A DNA stretch of 64,000 nucleotides, taken from NCBI GenBank assembly GCA_002269645.1, contig NIVC01001246.1, forward strand, positions 100,197 through 164,196, in the 5' to 3' direction. Shown one piece after another: positions 1 to 11,940 of the stretch; position 1 is the first letter of the stretch; every line of letters begins with the position of its first letter. The position numbers were made by a program, and so were the translations under genes. The stretch comes from Macrostomum lignano. Its lineage: Eukaryota. Below the pieces are notes generated by a model. The model made no database searches, was not told the DNA's origin, and saw nothing but the letters and a program-made list of their open reading frames with translations.

Positions 1-3000
1 TATTTAAAATTAGGCCTACTAACCCTTTTAATAATGAAAAAGTTTTAACAAAATACTTGATATTATTAAGTATTTAGTAGTTTCTTGGGAAGATTTATAA
101 AACAATGAAAACAAATAGGCCTAAACAGTTTTTGAACAGATTCATCTTAAGGTTCTCTATTCTAATTAGCTGTCATAAAGATGAGCTAGAAATTATTGAC
201 ATAGCATATAGACTTGATTAGTGGCAGCTATTTCAATAAGCTGCCATGTGGATAAGCTGGAAATCATTAACACAGATCCATATGGATAAAATTAGAATTA
301 TTGGTATAGGACTAAAGGGATAAGCACTTCCATGACATGACTAATTGGTATAAGCCTATATTTATTTTGGATTTTAATTTTTGGCATTATAAAAATTGTA
401 AAAGATATAGCATAAGGAAAGACACATTCTAGGGAAAGTAAAAAAAACATTTAAGGGGGAGGGGCAAAATCAATGGCTTTGAATTTTGGTAAAAAATTAT
501 TGGCCCTCCTTTAATTCTTTAGGTCTACCTAACCTAACCCAATTCCTCATAGAAAAGGCAGCTATCTCTTTTAGAATAAGCTTCAAAAACCAATTAATGT
601 GTAAATTGCATTGCTGCAACACTGATATAAAAAAGTAGTTCAAATATACAATACACAAGACAAAAGTATGAAAAGTATAATGCAATACTAATAATAATAG
701 GCCTTTAAGATAGTAATATTAGTTTGTTTTGCTCTTTTGTCTGCTCCTAGAACCTTGTGTGATTTTATTACTCTACTTTATTACTTTATTTTAAAGATAC
801 TTTGAACTATTATAAAGGCAGACATTTTTGAGAAGTTAATAATATTTTCTCTATTTTTTGTTTTACTAAATATCTAAGACATGCAATACTGTATTTCACT
901 ATGATGCAATATTGTTTTCTTTCTTAAATCTATGTAATATGTCAATTTAAAAAACATTTAAAATACAATAGACAACTATCTATATTTTTAACCTATTCCA
1001 ATTAGGATAGTTGCCTATTTCCCCTTACAAATATCTGCAATTTGTTTGCTTATATGCACTGTTTTGGTATATATATATTTGGTATATATTAGTGGCATGG
1101 ACTTTAATTAGTATATATGATATAGATAGATTAAAAAGTGATATTGAAAAAAACATTTTGGTATTTAATATATATGTATTAAATAGAAATGTTTCAATTT
1201 CATATTCAGATCATCTAATATAACTCATATAATGTTTATAAAGGATTATTAACAATAAATAAAGACCCAAAAAGCAATTGTATCATAAGCTACAAGGCTA
1301 TATATTATATAATTCTTCTCTCTTTTTATTGCACTAAATTATTCCTTTTGTCCTTTTTGTTATTGTATTGGTATTGTTATTCTTTTTTATTTTTATTATT
1401 TTAAGCCCCCATGCCATCCTTTTCTTTTTACCAAATTATACAATGTTGCCAAATTGTTCTATTTGAAAAATATGGCAATTGGCCAATTGTTAAAATTGCA
1501 TATTTTATACTAGCCATATGCTATTAGCTTAATCTTTCTTTTTTTGTTTTAGCATATTTAAAGTATGATTGACAATATAAAATATTAATTCAGCCTATTA
1601 GTCAAGACTTAAAATGCCTACTAAGGCTAAGTGCCATTTAAATTATATATTTTTTGTTTACCCATGACTTAGGCTTGCTTTATTATCAACTAGTAAGCCT
1701 ATTGTCAGTCTTAACTCATTATGTCAAGCCAAATGGTTTAGTCTAACTTAGTATCATATTAGGAATGCAATGCTGCTTAATTAGAATATAAAAAGGAAAA
1801 ACAACAAAAATAGATCATTTGAAAATAGTTTCCATTTTCCACAATCATCATCAAGCAGAATAAATATATTTTAAACAAGTATTTAAATAAGCAAAGCAAG
1901 GAAAATAAGCTTGGTAACAGGTTGTACATTCTAAAAAATATTATTGAATTTGAAAAGAAAGGTAAAAGCAAGTGTAAGTGACAAAGATTAGTGTTAAAAG
2001 TACATATGGTATGCAAAGTACAGTCCTATCTGTCCTATTGAATCAGACAACCATTAGTATCATAGGCCTCCTTATACAGTATAGTCTTGCTTAATTATAA
2101 GTTCACATTATATTCATCAATTAATAATAATAATAATAACTTAGGTACAGGCCATAGGCTTCCCTATTGGAATATAATTTTAGATCCTGCAAATGTGTGG
2201 CACAGGTTTATAAACATTATTCTTAGGCATTGAAAATTTAATATATGAATATAAAAATGTTACAGTAGTGTTGCAAGGCACCAAAATTTAACAACTTTGT
2301 ATGGTAGACAGTCATATTATATGTGCAGTTATTCCAATAAGGATAGGCTCCTGCCCTTTACCTAAAATTACATTAACTTTTGCTTATTTCTTTGTGCTTT
2401 GTTTCTTTTATAGGTAAGGCATATTTTTGTAAAAAAAAGTAAGTCACATTGCTAGTATAAATCAGGGGGTGTGTATGTTGTATATATGTAATATCAGATA
2501 ATAACTTATAATTAGAATTTCAGGGTTCAAATTTGATCTCATCTAACTTATATTGAGCACACAAGAAAAATTCAAACTGAGGAGGTTGAAGTACTTGTGT
2601 TAGGAACCTATATCTATTATAAAATTTTTGCCATAACCAAAATTTCTAATATTCATATCTATAGCTATATCTAATTTCCATATCTATATGGTTTCTTAAT
2701 TTCCTATAATTTATAAGTTTTATAGATGTTAAATCTAATTAGCAACTAATCTTTCATTGTTCACTATAATATAATGTTTAAGTAAAGAAAGTTAAAATTA
2801 GCTTAACTTATAATTTACTATTTGGTATCATTTATTTATTCTACAAAAAATAACTAGGTCTATAATTCATCCTAACCTTTATATATTGTCAGCTTGTTTT
2901 TATCAATCTATCAAAATATTTCTATATAAGGAACTTTTTTTCCAGTTGTTGAAATATCCAGCAGTTACTAAGGCATCAAGTGGAAGCAGTTTGGCTTACA

Positions 3001-3039
3001 ACTGGATACTTTCATCTATCCACCACTATTCAGGCCATT

Positions 3040-4867
3040 ATGCAGCTGCTTCAGCTGCCATGGCATGATGTACTTTTTGAACACATTTTATCCTGTCTTG
3101 ATTTGCAGGACCTGCTTAACCTAAGAAAAGTTTCTTTTTTGGCAAGGTAAGATAGAGATGTGAATTTTTAATGCTATAAGTTTGTAAAATAATTTCTAAG
3201 TGAAGTCTAAGACTTGCTAGATAATTAGAAAGGTAGCCTTCCAATCTATGTTATAACTTATGTAGGTAGATAATTGATGTGATGTTTAATTGATGTTTAT
3301 TCACTGAAGTCAATGAGAAACTTTGCATAGGCTCAAAGGGGAGTTTCTGAGATGCCAATGTTTGAAAGGGAAGTTTCTGAGATGCCAAGGCTAAAAAAAT
3401 AGTTGCTGAGAAGATGCCAAGTCTTAAAAGAGGAGTTGCTGAGATGCCAATGCTCAAAGAGGGGAGTTGCTGAGATGCCAAGGCTAAAAAATAGTTGCTG
3501 AGATGCCAAGTCTTAAAAGGGGAGTTGCTGAGATGTCATGACTTAATGGGGATTTGCTGAGATGCCATGGCTCAATGTGGAGTTGCTGAGATGCCAAGGA
3601 TCAATGGGGAGTTGCCAAGATGCCTAGGCTCAAATAAGGAGTTGCTGAGATACCAAGGCTTAAAAGGGGAGTTGCTGAGATGCGAAGGCTCAATGGAGGG
3701 TTGCTGAGATGCTTAAGCTCAAGGGGGGGGGGTTCTGAGATGCAAAGACCCAAAGGGGGGTTACTGAGATGCCATGGCTCAGTGCTCAATGGAGAGTTGC
3801 TTGAATGGCATGGCTCAAATCGAGATTGCTGAGATTCTAAGGCTCAATGGGGAGTTGCTGAGATGTCATAGGCGATGTCTGTTAACTGAATCTCGCTTAT
3901 GTAATATCCGTTACAGTAATAATGGTTTTTCTGTAGCGTTTCAGCACTGCCAAGTAAGGACTAACAAGGCACAATGTGAGCAGTGTCTATCCTGTGTGAG
4001 ATTGGCCTTCGGAATCAGCATAATGCTTCCTAAGGAATAAAAAACTACTATTGTTATTCTTTTCGGCTGGCTAATATTCTTTTTTTTCACCTTGCAAATC
4101 TTTGCAGGCAATTAGTAGACGATTATTGCGCCTGCTCAATGCGTTCGCTAGACGCTCGTGTAGCCTTTGATAACTCCGGCTACCGATTGGATAGTTGCGC
4201 ATTTCGCGTATTGGCTAACAGATGCTGCAGTCTGCGCTTGCTCAGGTTTCACTCTCAGCATAGTTGGCTTGTCGACCAACTGCTAGTTCCAGTCATTCAC
4301 TCCAATGTACACCTGCAAGCTGTCTACTTAGATCAGGCTCATTGGCTAACAGACTCTTCCGTGCAGGCGCTGGCCTCAGCTTGTCCTCAGTTGACCCATC
4401 TATCACTGCGCGATTGTCACTGGCTGTCAAGTTCAGGTTTAGAAATTATTGGCTCAGCTTGGCCAGACTTATCTACCTTAGATTTGACCTGCTGTTGGCA
4501 GATTGACGACCCGGGATTGTCCGCGTTGCTAACCGGTTGTCAACGCCTCGAACAGCTTAGCGTTGCTAAGTGCTACGGTTTAACAGACGAGTCGCTGTTG
4601 AATCTGCGCAGCAACAAGTGTCTAATGGAGCTGGACATGACGGGTTGCTGGCGCATCACCGATAGTTTGCTTGAACAATTGACCGAGTTCTGTCGCTCAT
4701 TGAAACAACTAAAAATTCGCGAGTGCTCAAGAGTGAGTCTGGCTGCAATTGATCGGCTACAGAAGAAACGGATTGTCACTGATTTGAAACCGCCGGCAGC
4801 TTATCGCCTGTTTGCCGCTGTTGATCATAATGGCTACCCTATGCCGCAGTTGAATGTGCAGATTTGA
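3040..4867 (+). CDS. FBXL15: F-box/LRR-repeat protein 15-like; join(3040..3146,4108..4867)
   Basis: Exon 1 gives MQLLQLPWHDVLFEHILSCLDLQDLLNLRKVSFLAR, an F-box motif resembling FBXL15 LLxLPWxDVL. The AG|GTAAG donor (3146) and TTTGCAG acceptor (4107) are phase-compatible. Exon 2 encodes cysteine-containing LRRs (LxLxxCxxLTD) ending at TGA 4867. Confidence 0.9.
3320..3870. repeat. Degenerate ~39-bp tandem repeat in FBXL15 intron 1
   Basis: Recurring GGCTCAAAGGGGAGTTGCTGAGATGCCAA units. Confidence 0.85.
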
Positions 4868-5084
4868 TTTGAGTTAAACATGACATTACATCATGACACA
4901 TGACATCATGTGAATACTTACAAGCATACTTACATAGACTTCACTAGAAATATGAAACTTGCGCTTGTGATTTCGTTTAAGATGGGTATTGCTTTGATTA
5001 GTCGAAATGAGAATTAACCGCGCTATAACAGGGTGCAAACATTAGTTGTCTGTTTAAGCATGAACATTTATTCACAGATGCTAA

Positions 5085-5451
5085 AATAACTAGATGGGCC
5101 ACTCATGCATATATACTTAGTAAACAGCTTTCTACTTCCAGTTCAGTAGCAAAGAAGAATGCATAAGCTATTTTATAAAAAAGGCAGCTGAAATGACTTT
5201 GATAAGTTTAGAAGCCCAAGCTTGCAGGCGTAAACAGCTTGCTAATTGGTCCAGCAATAATGTACATTAGCCAGTCCACGGAGATGTACATGGCAGATTT
5301 AGGCTGGAATTTCAAGAAAGGCAGTAAAAATTTTGGCGGGGCGGTTATATGAGCCTTAGCTTTAAAAATACATTACAATGCTTCAGTTAAACTTACTACT
5401 AAAGTGAAAGTAGCTTAGATGCAAATGTGCTGAGTGGCCCATCTAGTTATT
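5085..5451. mobile_element. MITE-like non-autonomous element
   Basis: Perfect 21-bp inverted repeat AATAACTAGATGGGCCACTCA at 5085-5105 and 5431-5451, with a non-coding interior. Confidence 0.6.
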
Positions 5452-5779
5452 CTGGTATCCGTGAATTTATTCTACATATATTCATAAAATTTTAGTTATA
5501 ATAGTTATTGAATTATTATTGTGAAAGCTTGCGTTATGACACATCAACTTAAATTTTGACATCCTTTATTTGGACCCCAAGGATGCCAAGTGGGCACACT
5601 GATTCTGATGCTTTAGAAGACGCAGATTTTATAAAATATACTGGATTGTTTTACATGTACCGGTATAGTGTGTATCACATATACACCAATGTTATTTTTG
5701 AATTGAGTTTCTTTGCTTCATTTTGAGTATCAAACAATTAGATAAAAGTTTTACCAATAAAATTGATACATACTACTAA

Positions 5780-6770
5780 ACTCCCCCCCACTCAAATACT
5801 CTACCACTATAATCGCCCCTACTCAGATAATCTGCCACTAGCATAACCCCCCCTACTCAGATAATCTACCACTAGCATAACCCCCCCCCTACTCAGATAA
5901 TCTACCACTAGCATCACCCCCCTACTCAGATAATCTACCACTAGCATAACCCCCCCCCTACTCAGATAATCTACCACTAGAATCGCCCCTACTCAGATAA
6001 TCTGCCACTAGCATAACCCCCCCCCCTACTCAGATAATCTACCACTAGCATCACCCCCCTACTCAGATAATCTGCCACTAGCATCACCCCCCCTACTCAG
6101 ATAATCTACCACTAGCATCACCCCCTACTCAGATAATCTACCACTAGCATAACCCCCCCCCTACTCAGATAATCTACCACTAGCATCACCCCCCCCTACT
6201 CAGATAATTTACCACTAGCATCACCCCCCCCCTACTCAGATAATCTACCACTAGCATAACCCCCCCCCTACTCAGATAATCTACCACTAGCATAACCCCC
6301 CCCCCCTACTCAGATAATCTACCACTAGCATCACCCCCCCCCTACTCAGATAATTTACCACTAGCATCACCCCCCCTACTCAGATAATCAACCACTAGCA
6401 TCACCCCCCCCTACTCAGATAATCTACTACTAGCATCACCCCCCCCCCTACTCAGATAATCAACCACTAGCATCACCCCCCCCTACTCAGATAATCTACC
6501 ACTAGCATCACCCCCCCCTACTCAGATAATCTACCACTAGCATCACCCCCCCCCTACTCAGATAATCTACCACTAGCATCATCCCCCCCTACTCAGATAA
6601 TCTACCACTAGCATCACCCCCCCCCTACTCAGATAATCTACCACTAGCATCACCCCCCCCCTACTCAGATAATCGACCACTAGCATCACCCCCCCCCTAC
6701 TCAGATAATCTACCACTAGCATCACCCCCCCCCCCCTACTCAGATAATCGACCACTAGAATCGCCCATTA
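5780..6770. repeat. ~33-37-bp minisatellite with variable poly-C, upstream of SAP18
   Basis: CTACTCAGATAATCTACCACTAGCATCA(C)n repeated. Confidence 0.95.
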
Positions 6771-6853
6771 TGATACTATCTGTTTTTATTCATAAAAAAA
6801 GTATAGTTTGCATCATTAAACATTTCTGCTAAGCTTTGCTTACCTAGTCTAAC

Positions 6854-8283
6854 ATGAGACGCAGGGATCGTTCGCGTTCGCCAGTAGTGTCTCTGTCTCG
6901 CAGGGGCCGTAGGTCCCGCAGCCCGCCGCCTCTCCCTCGCAATCGAGATCGGGACCGGCCTCGAGATCGGCAACCTCGCGGCGTCGACCAGAAGCCTCTG
7001 GTGGAGAGCAACACGCAGGCCATCGATCGTGAGAAGACTTGTCCGCTGCTGCTGCGAGTGTTCTGCTCCATTAAGCGGCATCATTCACTGACTGAGTTCA
7101 CCCAGGGTCGAACTCCATCTAATGAACTGCAGATTTATACTTGGATGGATGCTACGCTGAAGGAGCTGTCGCAGCTTGTGCAGGAGGTATGTTTTGTTTT
7201 TTAGTTGTTCATTTTTGTTTACATTAAAATGAAACGAGTTTATTGTGGATATTGGCGATTTTTTTACCAAAGGGCGATTTATATTGGAGATTTTTTGAGA
7301 ATAAGGCGATTCATATTGTTTATTATCTGACCTCAAGGAGCGATTTATATTGGCAATTATCTGACCACAAGGGGCGATTATCTGAGCATAGGGGCCGATT
7401 TTTATTGGCGGTTATCTGAGAATAGAGGGCGATTATCTGAGCATGAAGAGAGATTATCTGAGCATGGGGGTGATTATCTGAGCATGGGGGCGATTATCTG
7501 AGCATGGAGGGCGATTATCTAAGCATGGAGGGCGATTATCTGAGCATGGAGGGCGATTATCTGAGCATGGAGGGCGATTATCTGAGCATGGGGGGCGATT
7601 ATCTGAGCATGGAGGGCGATTATCTGAGCATGGGGGGCGATTATCTGAGCATGGGGGACGATTATCTGAGCATGGGGGACGATTATCTGAGCATGGGGGG
7701 CGATTATCTGAGCATGGAGGGCGATTATCTAAGCATGGAGGGCGATTATCTGAGCATGGGGGGCGATTATCTGAGCATGGGGGCGATTATCTGAGCATGG
7801 GGGGGCTATCTGAGCATTGGGGCAATTATCTGAGCATGGGGCGATTTGTATTGGGTATTATGTGAGCATAAAGAGTGATTTATATTGGCAATTTTTCAGC
7901 ATAGGGCGATTTATATTGGCAACTGTATCTGTAAAGCAAAACGTTCTGTCCACCCAAATTCCTCTTCATAGGTGAACCCGGACTCCCGAGCCAAGGGCAC
8001 CTATTTTGACTTTGCCGTAGTCTATCCCGACCTTCAAACGACCCGCTACAAATCGCGCGACATCGGCACCGTGCGCAACGGCACCCGCGGCATGGACGAC
8101 AATGTCACTCTGAAGGATCGGCGATTTCGTATCGGCGATTATTTGGACATTTCTATCTTTCCTGACGAGCGGACCGGCGGGGATCGGGATCGGGACCGGG
8201 ATCGGGACCGGGATCGGGACCGGGACGCAGGTCGGCATCGACGGGACGACAGTCGCGATCGGGGCGGCGGCCGAAGGCGTTGA
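6854..8283 (+). CDS. SAP18: Histone deacetylase complex / ASAP complex subunit SAP18; join(6854..7186,7972..8283), 214 aa
   Basis: Contains IDREKTCPLLLRVF, ELQIYTWMDATLKEL and FRIGDYLDISI, typical of SAP18. Phase-0 GT/AG junction at 7186/7972. Confidence 0.95.
7350..7850. repeat. 21-bp minisatellite in the SAP18 intron
   Basis: ATGG(A/G)GGGCGATTATCTGAGC units; source of the spurious MEGDYLS ORF. Confidence 0.95.
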
Positions 8284-8454
8284 TCTGGGTTGCTGGGTTA
8301 TTGTTTTTTATTGTAGGCAGCCTCGTCAATATAAATATTATTATTATTGTGTATTATAGTGGTCACTGTGCGTAATTATGGTTGACATTGAAACCCCTCG
8401 ACCGGACGTTAAGCGAAGAGTCTAAACTCAAAACCTGAAAATTAAGATTATAAT

Positions 8455-9110
8455 CCCAACCGGAAACTGATAATTGGGATTAGAATACAATGAAATCCTA
8501 ACCGGAAGCTGACAATTGGGGTTAGAATACAAATAAAATCACAACCGGAAGCTGACAATTGGGATTAGAATACAAATAAAATCACAAACGGAAGCTGGCA
8601 ATTGGGATTAGAATACAAATAAAATCACAAACGGAAGCTGACAATTGGGATTAGAATACAAATAAAATCACAAACGGAAGCTGGCAATTGGGATTAGAAT
8701 ACAAATAAAATCACAACCGGAAGCTGACAATTGGGGTTACTATACAAATAAAATCACAACCGGAAGCTGACAATTGGGATTAGAATACAAATAAAATCCC
8801 AACCGGAAGCTGACAATTGGGGTTACTATACAAATAAAATCACAACCGGAAGCTGACAATTGGGATTAGAATACAAATAAAATCCCAACCGGAAGCTGAC
8901 AATTGGGATTAGAATACAAATAAAATCACAACCGGAAGCTGACAATTGGGGTTACTATACAAATAAAATCACAACCGGAAGCTGACGATAGGGATTAAAA
9001 TAAAAATGAAATCCCAACCGGAAGCTGACAATTGGGATTAGAATACAAATAAAATCACAACCGGAAGCTGACAATTGGGATTAGAATACAATGATATCCC
9101 AACGGGAAGG
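8455..9110. repeat. 43-bp minisatellite between SAP18 and POLR1A
   Basis: CAACCGGAAGCTGACAATTGGGATTAGAATACAAATAAAATCA units. Confidence 0.95.
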
Positions 9111-9910
9111 GGACAACAGGGATTAAAATGAGAGGAAGTACCAGCCGGGACTGAGAAGTGGGGTTATAGTAAGATCGAATTCCAATGAGAAGTTGACAGA
9201 TGTCTATCTACTTCGGAAGTTCCATTAGAATCGTATGCGCACTCAACCACCGACTCTTCACTTGTGTTGTTAATGTACTTTTGTATGCTTAAATAATAAT
9301 AACTAATCTGTCAACTAAGAATGACACGGCTTTACAGCATAGGATGCTATTAAGAGTACAATAAATGCCTTTGCTGGGCCCGTGCTTAAGCGCATTTTTT
9401 ATAGTAGGACTTTTAAAGTACATTTATTTGGCATTCGTTTGAATTAATTAAGCTACTGTTTGTTAAGCATATTGATGACTGTTAGACTGATTCAAATGCT
9501 TAAGAAATATTAGGGGTTTGTTAAGGAAATTAACTAGATATGCTACCGATAGTAAGTCGAATTCTTATGTAATTGAAAATTATTTCAATATAAAAATTTG
9601 ATGGCAATTAAAATATATCTTCAATACTGGTGTCGCTTTTTAGTAACTACTACTAAGTAACTAGTGTGGGCCTTGGTTTTCTTTATTTGTCTGTTACCAG
9701 CAAAATAGCTGCAGTAAATATCTACAGGGCTTTTGTGTTAGTCATCGGGATTCAGCAAAGAGCAAGCAGACATACCCATAACCCTGACTCATCGTGTGGG
9801 TACACTCCAACTACTCTTTGTCTTGAAAAGTGGGCTCTAATAGGTGCGAATCGCTCATTTATTCCTTTCACAAGCTTCAAATTAAAAACTTTCTACTATC
9901 AATAGAGTAT

Positions 9911-10180
9911 AGGTTGTAGCCTATAGTGGTTAGAGCGTCGGACTCACAGACTTTAAAGTCGGGGGTTCGATTCCCGATCCCATTCGGAACAATTTGTGTC
10001 CTTGAGCAAGACACTTGATTCTCTGCATTGCTTCAGTTCAATCGGCTGTAAAATGGGTGCCGGTGTGTGTGGCGACCCCCCCCCCCAGTTCTTGGACTGA
10101 ACAGCCGTACGCAGCCTTTAGATGAGCTGTCGGTTGCACATCTGCCTATTAGGGCAGGTGCAATCAATATTATTATTAAT
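9911..10180 (+). mobile_element. tRNA-derived SINE with CORE-like central domain (copy 1)
   Basis: A box TAGTGGTTAGAGCG and B box GGTTCGATTCCC, then TGTGTCCTTGAGCAAGACACTT...CTGTAAAATGGG resembling the MIR/CORE domain, and an (ATT)n tail. Second copy at 62192. Confidence 0.8.
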
Positions 10181-10241
10181 TTGTTATTATATCAAAAGCG
10201 CACACATTCAGTAGTATGTATCCAATGGCCAACAATTTCAG

Positions 10242-11823
10242 GCTGCAACAGCCCTCGGCCTGGGGCTGGAGCGGCCCTCGCGGGTTCGGCAAACAGCCGC
10301 TCTAGTTGACGTCACCGGAGTGAGCTTTCAATGCTACAGTACGGAGGAAATTCGTCGACTGTCAGTGAAAGAGATTAACCGTGTGGAGACATTTGACAGA
10401 TTGACAGGCTACAGGCTGGACTTTGGTCTGTACGATCCCGATCTGGGTCCGCTGGACGAGCGGGACGTGTGCAGAAAATGCAGTTTAGGCTACTGGCAGT
10501 GCGGCGGCCATTTTGGCCATATTGAACTGTTCAGCCCAGTACTGCATCCGATGTTCTTCGATCTGGTGTTCAAACTAATCAGAGCCAAGTGCTTCTATTG
10601 TCACAGATTTGCTGTTAAATTAGATTTTAGACGATTGGTTCGACTGCAGTTCTTGGCGTTAGGCCTGTCTGATGAGAGCAACCCGCTGCTGTTGGCTGAT
10701 CAGCTGGCCTCTATCTATGCTGCTCATCACAGTGTCAGGTGCGTAGATTTGTTATTTTATTATTTAATCTCTATCCGATGCAAAAATAAGACTTTCTAAG
10801 AAACACGTCTATCCGCTACAAAAATAAGGCTTTCTAAGAAACACGTCTATCCGCTACAAAAATAAGGCTTTCTAAGAAACACGTTTATCTGCTACAAAAA
10901 TAAGACTTTCTAAGAAACGCCTCTATCCATTACAAAAATTAGACTTTCTAAGAAACGCCTCTATCCATTACAAAAATTATACTTTCTAAGAAACGCCTCT
11001 ATCCATTACAAAAATTATACATTCTAATAAAAGCCTCTATCCGTTACAAAATAAGATTTTCTAAGAAATGCCCCTATCCGTTACAAAAATAAAGAATTTC
11101 TAAGAAACGCCTCCGTTACAAAAAATAAGACTTTCTAAGAAACGCCTCTATCCGTTGCAAAAATAAGACTTTCTAAGAAACGCCTCTATCCGTTACAAAA
11201 ATAAGATTTTCTAAGAAATGTCCCTATCCGTTACAAAAATAAAGAATTTCTAAGAAACGCCTCCGTTACAAAAAATAATACTTTCTAAGAAACACCTATC
11301 CGTTGCAAAAATAAGACTTTCTAAGAAACGCCCGTACCCATTCAATTATCAATTATGTTTCTAAGAAACATGTCTGTTTTGAAACAATCCTTTCTAGGAA
11401 ACGCCCGTACCCATTTCATTGCCAATTATGCTTCTAAAAAACGCCTTTTCTAAGGAAATAACCCTATTTTTTTAATAAACAAACTGTTTATAGAAATTAT
11501 CTATCCCTATTCCGTATTTTCTTTTAAAAATAAATTGATTAATTTTGTTTAGCTTCATGGCCATAAATCCCATTCGAAGTTTTTCTTTCGATAAAAAATT
11601 GCCGTTTATTCTTTCAGAGAAGCCAGCGCCGGTCGAAAGGCACAAAACGATGGCGAAGAGTTTACTGGCGATATTGACGAGGAGCTGGTGAAGGAGGCTG
11701 AGTCGGGTGCCAGATCTACAGACACCGGCTGTCTGGACCGGCTGCAGGTGGGTCGGGCAAACACTGAGACACTTAGACAGATACTACGAGTAAGACAGAC
11801 AGGCAGACACTCAGACAGATACA

Positions 11824-11856
<33 letters not shown>

Positions 11857-11894
11857 CAGACAGAAAGGCAGGCAGGCGGACAGACAGACAGACT

Positions 11895-11940
<46 letters not shown>

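Noticed and set aside
1-3200. Fungal RIP-type CpA>TpA hypermutation as the cause of the AT-rich block
   Set aside because: In spot counts TpA/ApT was no higher than in ordinary AT-rich DNA near 40000, and CpA/TpG remain common. Only CpG is missing.
9911-9985. tRNA genes at 9911 and 62192
   Set aside because: No proper acceptor stem could be formed, and both continue into a shared non-tRNA body and tail, so they are SINE heads.
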